A stretch of 63,496 nucleotides of DNA, filler included, from Octopus bimaculoides (GCF_001194135.2; 7 parts of 4 records of this genome joined end to end with filler, not necessarily neighbours in it), one strand, 5' to 3'; shown: positions 11,311 to 24,940, numbered from the whole stretch's first letter. Notes: generated by a model not told the origin, from the sequence alone. Numbers and translations: made by a program.

Positions 11311-14300
11311 AGTATTTGTGAGGTATTTGTCAGCTGTAAATTTAAAGCAGCCAACTTCAGTGTGACTTTTGCATATATGCACTTGTTAGATACTTGACGC
11401 TTTAATCAAGTCTGAGGCGGACTTGCGACGCGGCAGGTTGTGTTTCGTGTGCTTAAGATCACTCTGCATATGCAGAACCAAAATGTCGCGCCCTGTACAT
11501 TTCCCCGATCTGGTATCTGAAAATTTCCTCCTGGTCGCTTCGAAATTCCTTGAATGGAGTGACTTCCATTCTGAAGAGAACATACAAAGTATATTGAAGT
11601 TATCTGATATATACTCTACAGTTAGGGACATTCAGTGTAGTTGATCGGATATGTGAGCGTTGATGGCGACCAGCTACTTCGTTTTTAATATATTGCATTT
11701 CATGAAATGGCTGAGGTATCTGGTAGAATTACTTTTCCTTCATAATTACTTATGATGTTGTTTTACTCTTAAAATGTTTTGGTGTCTAATCAGGAGTGAA
11801 ACCGGAGCATGTAAAACTTATGAGTAACACATATACAGACTTTTTGTGTTAAGACCTGTGATAATACAACGCCCTAATTTGCTGTTATTGTTTCAAAGAC
11901 CGCATTATAAGATGCTGCTGTGATTGTATCTTAAAGAACAGTCATTCTTAAGAAAACTTATATTCAAACGCATTCCAGTTTTAATCATTTTTTTTTCTTT
12001 CACGATCTATTCTATACTCCACATAAAATGTCAGTGTCCACTGTTCGGCAGCAGTTGAGATTTGAAAGAAACTTGGCGGCACATTCATTCATATATATTT
12101 GCACAATGATTTTAATTCAATAAATTTTGTCAGTTGACAAAATATTTGTCAATATAGTACACTTCTGGACGTGATGCTCTGTATATTCATTACATAAGAA
12201 GAATCCTTACACCCCCATTTGAAGTACAAAGTAACGAGCAGCGTAATAGTTATATTGTATTTTGTTTCTGTGTCGCTATACTTAACAATACTTTTCAGAG
12301 ATTATTGTACTTAGCTGCATGGAAGCTCACATAGAACAGACCTAGGATCAAGTGCATTTAAATCTCTATTAACCCGTTTTTAAGATATATAGTCAACAGA
12401 CTGTATTATTATTGGTTCATATTCATTTATCCTTCTAAAACGTGACAGCCTGTGATTTTGGTGAGATTTGTCGATTTATTGTTCCTTGTTTGTTTGTTTT
12501 GTTTTTATTTTTGCTATTAAAGCCTGTATTGATTTGTGTATGATATTTCGCCAGACAGTCGTTCTTATCGGGAATGTCTTATTTTAAAACAAACAATCTT
12601 TGTCTTTGTTATTCGGATTCAGCGTTAAAGACATCATAAACTGTTAAATAATATGAAATATTAAAAAAAAAAAACATAATGATAATTAAAGAGCAGCTTC
12701 TCCAAAATTCATACTATTCTAGGCATATCCAATGAAATCTAATATCTTAGAAAAAACAAAGATTATAATATTGATTCCACTGTTGTTATGGTCAATCTTA
12801 CTCCGTTTACTTCAATTCGTATCCATTTTACTGTTCCTGTGAACTTTGATCTTTTTTGTCCGTATACAAGTTAAACTCCAATAAATTTTCCTTCTCTTTT
12901 TGTTTCCTTGTCTCTTTTCTTAATCCATCATACTTCTCAGTACGCAAGCTTAACGGGTAGACTTTTGTTATATTTTCTTTCTCACACAACACTTTCATTA
13001 TAAATTTTTCTTAGGGATGTCTTTCAACAAGTGTATTGCAATTGAAATGTTCTGAGATAAGTCTGGTTGAATCGGATAAGGTATCTGAAGAATGATCGAA
13101 GATTTCACAACTAAGATTCAAAATTATGGAAACATGCATGCATTCCCCACATTTTTCTTATTTTTTTGTATTGTCTAGGAAAAGTATCTATAAACAGCAT
13201 TTAGGCCACTTCTGGATGAAACGCCAATTTCCGGCCACACATATGTCAGAAACTGATTTTATATTTCAGTTGTACGTATTTGTTCTTTTATATTTAGTAG
13301 TTAATGAACTGGGGTGTTTGCTCACTTTCCCCCCTGATTTTCTTGCGAATGACAAATAATCCTTATACTGAATCCAAAATAGCTCTCATTTGTTACATTT
13401 AAGTCTAAGATTAATTCTGAAATATCTTCAACCGCATTTATAAAATGATAGGTCTTAAAAGGTTTGAGAACATATTCGGCAATGTCCGTATATTTCACTG
13501 AAATATGGATAGAGTTATGTAAAGGGTGATGTTGTTAAGTAACAAAAGTAATTCACATCGTTAATTAGAAGAATTAGAAGCAAGACTTCAGGCAAAATAA
13601 CTACACACATTAAATAAATCATGTCCACGGTATTCAATCTTGTGAATTCATATTAATGTGTGCACGATGATTACCAATATCCTGATAAACTGAACAATCT
13701 GATGTTAGAGTCTCGCCTCTGAACACAATGTTGATACCTACAATTATACGAACGTTTAATGTTTCGGCTGCGTGTCTGATACGAATATGACAAAAACACG
13801 CGTAGAGAAATAATTAAAATATAAGCAATATTGATTAGCCTTGACTAGAAATGAGAAGAATTCTTTACACAATAGAGTTTGACGTGTTGATAAAATAAAA
13901 TGTACGTATATAAATAATTATACATATGTAATATAATATTTTAGATTGTTTATAAGAAGTATATAGCATACAATTGCCAACCCTGCTCTGTATATCAATG
14001 TTCCAAAGGTTATCGAAATAGAAACAATTATAAAATTAACAGGACTCAAAAAATGTGTGCTTTTTTCCCCATGTATGTTTGGTCAAATGTGCGCTTCTGC
14101 GTATACAAAATGTAATGTTCAGTTTCTGTGGCAGTTTCATAGTCAGAGCAGTTTCAGCGTGTTCATTTTTTTTCTTCTATTTCATTCTCTGTATCCTTAT
14201 CTACTCTACAACCGTTATTATCCTCATCAGCAATAACAGTAGTACTGTAGCACTTAGATCACCACCGTCACCATCACCTTTAACAACGTTATACACAGGA

Positions 14301-16261
14301 AAATCCTCGACACAGACATTACCGTCTTCGTCGTAGTTGTCGTCCTCGTCATTGCTGTCGTCTTTGTCTTCGACGTTGTGGTCTTTGGTATTATCATTGT
14401 AACTTGACGCGCACTGCCAACAGGAATTTTTCATCTAAGGTGGAAAGTTGATGCATTAATTGCTGCTTCCTAGACACAGCACGGGAATGTGAAATGTTGC
14501 TTAGCACGAGGTCACTCCTTCTCTAGCAGATCTCTCAGTCTGTCTATTTGGTCTATCGCTTTTATTATAATGAACCAGCCACCTGCATTTCACCATTTAT
14601 TCTGGTATAATAGAAGGTTTGGTCATCAGTCAGTTTCAGCGGTGAACATTCACTTGTTGATTTGAATATCTGACTTGTTCAGTAAGTGTGTAATCAGTTG
14701 AGTACTTCCCAGAAACCTGTACAAATAACTTTATCAGTCCGCTGATAGTAAGATTCCAAAATTCCCCATCTCAAGTGTGAATATAATGCATTCTCACATG
14801 CGTATTTACACACAGTTTCTGTTTAACCCAATTTAGTCATATGATATAAAGGGGGCCCAGTATACGATGAACATATTTCCTCCAAATATCATATACCGTG
14901 ATCGATCCTGGGATCTCATAATTGCAAAGGATTACTTTTAACAACTCAGTATCTGGCAGCTTGGCATTATATATATGCACGTCTGCACCGTTCTCGGTGT
15001 CATTTCTCTCTGCATCAACTAAAGATATGGCAGCAAATTGTTGGCACTTAAACATAGGCTTGAATGTACACCTCTTGTTTCTGAGCAAGGCACTTCGTAT
15101 ATGTGAAGAAGACTAAAATGCCATAAAATGTGACGAGGCATACCTCATCGTTGGATACCATAAAAAGGAAAAATAAATGTGAAAAATGCTATTTCCTTCT
15201 ATTATATAATGCATCTATTTTTGTTTATATTTTGTTTCACATATGTCATTATTGGACATATAGTGAGGTATCATAATCATAAATCATTTTTATCATCATT
15301 CTACATTTTCCCTTAATAAAAGATATTTAATACAAATTACTACGCCTTTTGCAAGAATGGGGAAGTTTCGAACTTGAAGTAAAAGAATTTAGAAGCAATC
15401 AAAATTAAACTTCTTTCATTACTTGCTCAATAAAGTGAAAACATTTTCCTACCTTCAATTCATCCACCATCTCGAATATCTCACTGCCTTCACACAGTCG
15501 CAACTTAATATCTGTCAGAAGCTGGACAAGTTTTTCTCTCGGGAGTTTTTAATATGAATCGTGTATATAATGTTCACAATCAATCTTCTTTCAGAGTTAC
15601 TTCAGAGTAATCCATCTCAATAAAGAGCTTTTGTGCTTGCTATTTTACCCATTAGGCGTTTAATGTATCTATCTACATTAGATAAATATATCATTTCGGC
15701 ATCAGGTTGATTAAGGGCCTTAACACACAACTATGTTCAGATAATCTATTTATTTATAGAAACTGTTTCATGTATATTCTCTGAAGGGTCTTATTGACAA
15801 TCGAAGTGAAAGAGAAGAAAAGAGAAAAGAAAAGAGAAAGTGACCGAGATAGAGAGAAACAAAGATACACACAGGGAAACAGAAAGAGGATGACAGAGAT
15901 GGCTCAATTCTTGGGTTACTTGAACTTTAATCAATAAAGACGGCTGACATTTCTACTCTATTTTTTAATGAGGAGTAGAAACTGAACAAATATATATTGC
16001 TCTGTGATTAAACACAAATAGTTAGAAATACATATGTTCGGCAAAATAAAACTTTCACACATTTATCTGTAAGCAATCGTCAATCATTATACACTATATT
16101 GCTCTAGAATAATCAAATATTCATTTGAAAAAGACGTAACTAAAATGATTAACTGCTGAGTTCTTGCCAGGCAAAATCTACTGTCGAAATTAATAAAAGA
16201 TTTAGAAAACATGTCGATGATTTTCTCCCACCTCTTCATTTTTTCTATCCCTCTCGCTTTA

Positions 16262-16335
<74 letters not shown>

Positions 16336-16422
16336 TGTGTGTGTGCGCTTGTGTGTGTATATATTTATGTATGCATGTATGTATGTATATATATGTATAT
16401 ATGTATATATATATGTATGTTT

Positions 16423-16476
<54 letters not shown>

Positions 16477-16504
16477 GCACACACACACACACACATACAC
16501 ATAT

Positions 16505-16770
16505 ACGAGTACATAAAGTGCTTCTCAACCAGACGGTTTCGAGTTCAGTCTCATTGTGTGTCATCTTGCATAAATGTCTTCTGCTATAGCCTAGAGCCCA
16601 CCACGTGCTTGTGAAAGGATATTCAGACGGAACCTGAAAGAGATCCGCCATGTGTGTGTGTGTGTGTGTGTGTGTACGTTTCTTGTCACACTACCACTTG
16701 ACAACTTGTGTTCATGTGTTCCTCCTCGTAACTTAACGTTCGGCAAAGGACAGAGATGAAACAATGACAG
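16505..16770 (+). mobile_element. SINE family 1, diverged copy
   Basis: GTTTCGAGTTCAGTC..AAATGTCTTCTGCTATAGCC..GACGGAACCTGAAAGAGATCC followed by (TG)n. Confidence 0.7.
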
Positions 16771-17199
16771 AAATAAGTAAAATGCAAAGGAGAAAATTTT
16801 GCACTACCTGAAGAAAGATTGTTTTCAATATTAACAATATTTATCATATATATATATATGAGAAACAAAAAAATTAAGCAGAACACCACACATTTTTAGA
16901 AATGCGTTTGTTTGATGTATGAGGCCAAATTCACATCACAACGAGAAAGTATGCAGGTAAAAAAAAAAAAAAAATTAAAATTTGTGCACGAATTAAATGC
17001 AGAAAACAAATTCATTTACTTATATCACCAGAAATGAATGAGAATTATATGCATCAAGATTGATATATGATATTATATACATCTGCGTGAAGTCGAAGAT
17101 ACATCCCTTGAAAAGTTCCATGCAGTGAACATCAAAAAGTTTGCACGAATGGATAATTAATAATGTTCGCTTTCTTCTTCACACACTCGTCCGGGCATG

Positions 17200-17390
17200 G
17201 AAACATATCCTTTTCTACTCTAGACACAAGGCCAAACATTTTGGGGGAGGGGCCAGTTGAGTAGATCGACCCCAGTATGCAACTGGTACTCAATTTATCG
17301 ACACCGAAAGGATGAAAGGCAAAGTCGACATCGGCGAAATTTGGACTCAGAACGTAAGATAGACGAAATACCAATTTCTTTATTGTCCAC
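17200..17390 (-). mobile_element. SINE family 2
   Basis: Core ATCGACACCGAAAGGATGAAAGGCAAAGTCGAC..GAACGT (reverse complement of CCTTTCATCCTTTCGG.GTCGATAAA). Confidence 0.85.
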
Positions 17391-17511
17391 CGGGGGCTAA
17401 TCATAGAAATGGACAAAACAAGTGATGGGATCAGTAAATCGGTATGATTTTACATAAAATATGACTTTTAAAAATTAGATAAAATATATAAAAATCGAAT
17501 GAAATTAACAA

Positions 17512-17933
17512 TACTCTTTTACTCTTTTACTCTTTTACTCTTTTACTTGATTCAGTCATTTGACTGCGGCCATACTGGAGTACTGCCTTTAGTTGAGCAA
17601 ATCCACCCCAGGACTTATTCTTTGTAAGCCTGGTATTTATTCTATCCATCTCTTTTGCCGAACCGCTATGTTACGTGGACGTAAATACACCAACATCAAT
17701 TGTCAAGCGATGTTATGGGGGGGGGGCAAACACAGACACAAACACGCACACACATATATATATACATATATACGACGGGCTTCTTTCCGTTTCCGTCTAC
17801 AAAATCCACTCACAATGCTTTGGTCGGCCCGAGGCTACAGTAGAAGATACTAGCCCAAAGTGCCACGCAGTGGGGCTGAACCCGAAACCATGTGGTTGGT
17901 TGGCAAGCTACTTACCACACACCCACTCCGGCG
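17512..17933 (-). mobile_element. SINE family 1, full length, with (GTAAAAGA)x4 tail
   Basis: tRNA-like head at 17870-17933, internal (TA/CA)n, 3' part ...CAGTCAAATGACTGAA and a tandem 8-bp tail at 17512-17543. Confidence 0.9.
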
Positions 17934-17959
17934 CCTTAATACAGGGACAATACAAATGA

Positions 17960-19090
17960 ATCGATGATCAGGCCACGCTCCGAACCCACAAGCCCCGATC
18001 TACCGCTGGTAACTTTTGTTGTTTTTTTTCCGTCTATTCACACGGTTCTTTGGACGCGAAACACTCGTGCAACATGCTTCCATCTCTTTTTGAACATACA
18101 CTCTGACAGACATCTCTTCTCCAGCTCCACCTTCCTTTTGAAATAATCGTAAATTGTGGCTAGAGATAAAGTTGCCTCTCTTAATTCCTTTTACCCTTGT
18201 CCTCTACAGTGCATCTTTCGCAATTGCTACAACCGTGAGAAAACAATCATTACCTTCGTTTGTTAAAACTTGCGGTGGGTCAATTTTTATAATTGACTCA
18301 GTCGACAGCTGTACTCTTCCTGCGCCAGACAACAGGTGTCCTGCGCCAGACAACAGGTGTTCAGCATAAGCCCACATTATCCATGCGAGCTTATCCAAAA
18401 CGGACAAGGCACCTCTGTAGCATTGCCAGGGTAAGGACTTTTGTCCAAAGTTCTCAACCCGAGTGTAAGGTGAAACAGGCAGCCCAGTTGAATAAACCCG
18501 AGACCCAGAGTCGTCCCCAGGTCATCGTCGCATTCAGACTCTACCAACCCACTATATAGAATCCGTGTGGAACCACAACCGCTGGCGTTGCCCGAGCATG
18601 GGAATAGCAAGAGTGCCGTAAGGCACTCTTAATGCCATTCACTCGACCTTCGGTTTACGAAAACACCAGGCTTCCTGTTCGCAAAAACTTTTGAACGCGG
18701 GGAGCATTTGTCTGGCCAGTAGAGACCACACCCGTTCACTATCCAGGAGAATCCAGAGATGCTTCAACCTCAACACTTGCCTGCACATCATTAAACAAGG
18801 CATCCCTAAACCTCCATTTAAAGGCTTTTGACAGCAGACAGAGCGTATCATGAGTAGCGAAAGTGCTGCCTCTCCAACCTGATCAACCACGAATCCGGAC
18901 TGGGCGCGAGGGTCTGAATGTAGGTGATGACCGATCCGATAAACACATTGGCCACCTCCGCCCTCTCTCAGGGATAGCCACCGCCAAGACAATATCTTGT
19001 CTACACGTCAGCCAGTAGATGCCCGAACAAGTCTGGTATACATTTATACAGCTCGTACAGAAGACCATCAAGTCCTGGTGACTTACCCGC
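17960..19090 (-). mobile_element. Tx1/L1-clade LINE, decayed 3' part of ORF2
   Basis: Peptides RSVCCQKPLNGGLGMPCLMMCRQVLRLKHLW, STRILYSGLVESECDDDLG, RVQLSTESIIKIDPP..FLTVVAIAK and YFKRKVELEKRCLS..KRWKHVAR are typical of the post-RT region of Tx1-like ORF2; frameshifted. Confidence 0.75.
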
Positions 19091-19532
19091 TTTGCAGTCA
19101 GCCAAAGCCTTCATCACCCTTTCATAATTTTCCTGTAGATATGCATCTAAACATACAGGATTTGGAAAACATCTTACGTATATACACTATAGAGAAGACA
19201 TTTTTTTATGTGCTCACATTTACCATTAACTTTGCCGATGAGATATATGCATGTTAAACACTTTGTGTATAAAACGTTTCGTCTTATAGATACAGTAACG
19301 TAACTAACAAACGCTGTAATTCATATCTTTTTATTAAGTAGCTAAGTAGATACGTATTGGGCCCACACAGTTCAATGGTGAGGATGCCATTGCACACGCT
19401 CGTGCAGAATTGGTGCTGTCAGTGCTGCAGTAAGAAGACTCAGTCTCAGAACAGATTCTGCGAGGTATCACGCCCCGCAATAGATAATTTTTTTTAAAAT
19501 CTAAATCTTGATTTGATAAAATGAAAGTTTTG

Positions 19533-19862
19533 ACTACAGTGATATTTATACTTAGAGAGCAGTGAATAGGAACAAATTCGGCGAGGTATTCTACCCAATA
19601 ACACTATGTCAATTCGTCACCAAGCAGATATAACATTTCTATCTGCTATAGGTTTTAGAAAACAAGGTATACCAGCTGTGAACTTTACTGTACTTATAGA
19701 CCACAATTATATTTATACTCAGAGTGTCGGGAATAGGAAGAAGTTCGGCGAATTATTCTACCCTGTGATTCTAAGAACTACGTCAATTCGCCGCCAAGCA
19801 GATATAACATTTTCTGTTTTAACTTTTGACGGTAAAGTATACGAGCTAGTAACTTCACTGCA
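19533..19862 (+). repeat. Diverged tandem duplication, ~167 bp period, 2 copies
   Basis: TATTTATACT.AGAG..GAATAGGAA..TTCGGCGA..TATTCTACCC..CTA.GTCAATTCG.C.CCAAGCAGATATAACATTT starts at 19533 and again at 19700. Confidence 0.8.
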
Positions 19863-21579
19863 CTTATTCCTAGGCTACAAAATAAACAAATATTTCTAGT
19901 TCAATCGTTAGAATGTTTCAAATATTCTTATATATTCTATTTCGAAACGGCCAACATGTTATTTTTTCAAGGAAATAAAAATTATTTCGATTTTAGCCTC
20001 AAGTCCGACATGATCAAGTAAGCTTGTGATGAAATACATTTAATCCATCACCAATCTGTTGCGTGGCAATCATACTGTGCTAAAAAAAATGATATCAAAT
20101 ATACCTTATTTGTAGAGGTTGAAGTATGATGTTCATGCTATTCGGTTGCTTATTAACCACCAAATTCTTTGATATTTCGTAGTAGATCCGCATTTGATTG
20201 GTAGATTTAATTTAATGTTTAAACCGTGTCTCGTACACACGTGTTTGTATATAATTTCGTTTTTAAATACTTGTTGGGGAATGCTCCTAGATTGATTGTG
20301 AGATAGAAGTCCGTTATAGGAGAAAGGACAATTAATGAGACATAAACGCACCTAGATCCCTCACAACTAATGCTTTTTCATCTTCCAAAGGAACCGATTA
20401 AAATTTATAAATGGAAATACATCCACAGAACAGTGGATATATCTAACTGAGGTTGAATTATCATGAAACTTTTCAATCAGGGCTTGAACGACAAAACGCA
20501 TTTGAAGAAAAATCAAATATCGATTTATATAGTATGCACGTGAACTAAATACTTCGTGAAAAATATCACCCTTGAAACAAAAGAGGTCAGTTTTTCGCTG
20601 TCAACACGGAAATTATAGATGAGAAAGACATGTTGCGCCAGCAAATATATATGTCTAAGTAGACTGACTCAGTATTTGCTAAACTTTTAATGATCATAAT
20701 TTCGATCCTCAAAGTTATAACAATGATTCCCTTCATAAACAAACTGAAAGTAATTGGCAATACATTCCTGATGCAGTTTAAGTCAATACGCTGGGTGAAA
20801 AGATACCAGGAACAACTAAATTACTTTTCGTCGTTACCATCTCTTTCCTCACTGTCAGAAACAAAACATTCGTGTTCGACATTAGGAGAAATATCTATCC
20901 ATTTCTATATAACTTGAAGAGGAATTCCTTAATGTTGGACGCGAGTTAAACAATTTGCACAATATTTTCTTCGATTATAATAATTGTTGGCATGTATCAG
21001 GCAATATCTGATTATTATAGAATCAAAACCAATATTGGACCACTATTCTAAGTCACCATAGTATTGTATCATAGAAAAGAAGTATATCGACTGGGCTGAA
21101 TTTTCCTCCTAGAAACATATAACAAGCGAACGTATCTGTAGCTCGAGACCGTGCAAAGGCGATGGGTTAGTCCTCTTCTTCCTGTCGGACCTGAAAGTTG
21201 GGTTGAAATCGGAGTGAATGATCAATAGAATACCAATTAATATAAAATAAGCAGAATGCATTCAGGGCTTCTATCTTCCGTTTGTAAACATCCATTTATC
21301 TATGTCTCATTTCCTTATGCATATATATANNNNNNNNNNNNNNNNNNNNNNNNNNNNNNNNNNNNNNNNNNNNNNNNNNNNNNNNNNNNNNNNNNNNNNN
21401 NNNNNNNNNNNNNNNNNNNNNNNNNNNNNNNNNNNNNNNNNNNNNNNNNNNNNNNNNNNNNNNNNNNNNNNNNNNNNNNNNNNNNNNNNNNNNNNNNNNN
21501 NNNNNNNNNNNNNNNNNNNNNNNNNNNNNNNNNNNNNNNNNNNNNNNNNNNNNNNNNNNNNNNNNNNNNNNNNNNNNNN

Positions 21580-21613
<34 letters not shown>

Positions 21614-22577
21614 AATGTTCTGAATTCCCAGCATAAAATTTCCAATACAATAAAGAGGGAAATATCTACTGGTCATTAAAGACAATGCCTGAGGCCTGGA
21701 TAATATCGTTTATGACGAATGTAGATGGAGTAAAAATATAAGCAAAATGAAAAGAAGAAAGAATTAGAAAAAGTTACAGAAGTATAATACTGCACGGCTG
21801 TCGATATAGTTTAAGTTAACAGAAGAAATTGAACGTATAGAAACCGTTATATTGACATCTAATTTGCGAGTTATCTGCCAATAAACTCACGCAGTAGACA
21901 CCTATAAAAGCTTATACAATATTTTCGTTATAAACGAGTAAAAAGAAATAGACTCAAAATAAGATCACGTCAGTGAAGTGGTGGAAAAAATTTAGCCCGA
22001 GGAAATTAACCTCCAACCTACTTAGGATTACAAAGATGTCAGCTTTACAAATTCGGTGTTATTTAAAATAATGAAAGGTTTCCTACTACAAGTTCGGAAG
22101 CAATGTTGGTGAACGCTAATCATTAATAGCGCTGGTTTTATTAAAAATGTTGGCCGAGACAGATTCATTTGCAATAAAAAAGAAATATAAACTAAAGAAA
22201 AATGAATATATCAGAAATAAAACAAAGTCATAGAAACAAACAAATATTTAAAGCAATAATTTTCTTCAAACTCACGCCTTACCCTAATAATGATTCGTCT
22301 TGGAGTAATAGCTACAAAAAATCAATAAAGATATATTTTCTTGTACAAAACATATTGTTCTACATTCAGTTGTGTTCAATATAATATAATTTACTTCAGA
22401 AACATGCATTAACCAATTTAATATGTGTCTTCAGTAAGGAGAAGCGTATATTGTTTGCTCGTCTTTGACTCCACGTTGGTTAACTTTTTATCGATATATC
22501 TATCGATTGTTTCTACATTCCTCGGTCTCCCAGTTTTATACAAACACACACACATACGCACGCGCGCACATATATAA

Positions 22578-22581
22578 TAAA

Positions 22582-22633
<52 letters not shown>
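22578..22633. repeat. (AAT)n microsatellite
   Basis: Direct reading; a second tract lies at 22817-22890. Confidence 0.95.
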
Positions 22634-22636
<3 letters not shown>

Positions 22637-22817
22637 CGCAGATCAAATAGGGGCTACAATAACGGTGGAGCACTAGTAGAAAACACCACTGCTTGGAAGC
22701 GATCGAATACTCCGGATGTTACTCGAAAAATAAGAGGTATAGCCTTATTTCACTGGTAGTGAACAGTTGACGCTGTAGCACATCTCCAGCGTTAGCTGTG
22801 CAAAGGCAGCAACAGTG

Positions 22818-22891
<74 letters not shown>

Positions 22892-22894
22892 TAT

Positions 22895-23503
22895 AATATT
22901 ATCTCTGGCTGCCCAGTCCTGGCTAAGAAGGAATATATCCACAGACACGACAGATCTGGGACCTATATACACTGGAAGCTATGCCAACACTATGGAATAA
23001 CAACAGAAAAAAGATGGTATAAACACACGCCAGAACAGGTCACAGAAAACGAGAAAGCAACCATAGAGAAATTAAGGCCAATAGGCCAGATATAGTTGTC
23101 AAAGAATATGAAGAAAAAAAAGCTTTCTAATTGATGTATCAATACCAGCAGATGACAACGTTTCTCTAAAAGAAATGGAAAAACTTTCAAAATACAAAGA
23201 CCTGAAAATAGAGGTAACTTGAATGTGGAATCTAAAAACAGAAACAATTCCTATCATAGTAGGTGCCTTAGGTATAATAAAAAAAATATTCAGACAAATA
23301 CATAACAAAAACACCAGGACTTACAAATATATATAACATACAGAAAATTGCACTACTGGGCACTGCACACATCCTACGCAAAACACTTTCAATACAGTAA
23401 CCATAAGAACACCACAGCAAACCACAGCACATACCCAAGGCGCACATAGCTGCGCTCGGTAGTGAAGTGAAAGCACATTATAAAAATAAAACTACTGAAC
23501 AAT
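22895..23503 (+). mobile_element. RLE LINE family A, 5'-truncated copy (end of zinc knuckle, RLE endonuclease, 3' UTR)
   Basis: IISGCPVLAKKEYIHRHD..HWKLCQHYG..NRPDIVVK..LIDVSIPADDNVSLKEMEKLSKYKDLKIE..MWNLKTETIPIIVGALG contains the PD..D-type RLE motifs. The copy begins immediately after (TAA)n. Confidence 0.9.
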
Positions 23504-23603
23504 NNNNNNNNNNNNNNNNNNNNNNNNNNNNNNNNNNNNNNNNNNNNTTAATTAATTAANNNNNNNNNNNNNNNNNNNNNNNNNNNNNNNNNNNNNNNNN
23601 NNN

Positions 23604-23651
<48 letters not shown>

Positions 23652-24809
23652 GTACGTGTGTATAAATGTAAATGTACATGCATATTTACACATATATTTA
23701 CACACACATATATATATGTATATATATATATCCCTATTTCTCTATCCGTTTATCTATTTAAGTATGTATCTATCTGCTTCTATCTATCTCTCTATCTATC
23801 TATCTATCTATCTATATGTATGTATGTATGTGTGTATGTGTGCGTGTGTGTGTATATACATACATGCATATATAATCTTTTGTATTTTATTGTTAACAGT
23901 GTTCAGTTTTGCGTGTAGAATATCATTATAGAACTCATATACCACCTAACTAGCCGTCACTTGCAAACTTGTAGAGCTTAGTAACATGTGCCGTACATTC
24001 ATTGTTTTAAGTAACTTTATAGCTGCAAGCAGAAATAGATACCTTCTCGTCCCCTCACCAGCTTTTATTTATTTCTTTAATAACGTGAATAGGGTGATGA
24101 AATTAATGGTAGCAATAATTACAAAATTGCAGTCAACCATGTAAACGAATCCAGATTGATTTAACATGAATATTGTCATTATTACTTGTATACATTATTT
24201 ACTTCTGACATTTTATCAACCTTAACATCTACTAACAGACTTATCGTTATCATGTTATATTTTTTTAATTCGTGCGCAACAAGAAACTGAAGTTTTTGCA
24301 GACGTTTCCATTAACATAAATATGGCATATGAATCTTTTTGTATTTCTTTATATACTGTAAGCTCAGCAGAATAATGTGCGGGGTCTTATATTATCCTCT
24401 TGAAAATTTTCACCTCTACATGTTAAGAAGATTAAATCGGCACGAAGTAAAGGCTTCAATATAGAAATATCAATCAGTTTAAAGGGTGAAATGAATTGTT
24501 ATTGTTGTTGTTTTTGTCTTCCAGTGTTGTTGTTGCTTTTGTTTAGTTAAGGTCAACACGCATTCTTAAGGCCAGCGATGAAAAGAATTAGAGCTGTTAG
24601 CATCCAATCTGTGTCTATATCTAGGATTGCATCGTTGTTTGTTAATTTGAAGTAGATTCGGTTGTTAGTTCTAGGTTGGCGACCGCACACGGAAATTTGG
24701 AAATACAGATCATAAGAAATACAGATCATCTTAGCCTTTAATATCATTTACATCGTCATATTCAGAATTGTAAATTATGTGTGTGTGTATACATATATAT
24801 ACAAATATA

Positions 24810-24854
<45 letters not shown>

Positions 24855-24940
24855 GTATATACACACATATATATATACATACAGATATATATATATTCTA
24901 TAATTATAAACATAAATACATACACACACACACACACACG

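Noticed and set aside
16087-16614. Several overlapping ORFs of 100+ aa (CVCV.., YIYI.., HTHT..)
   Set aside because: Dinucleotide microsatellites; the same applies at 24731-25013, 39259-39907, 54071-54537 and 57885-58691.
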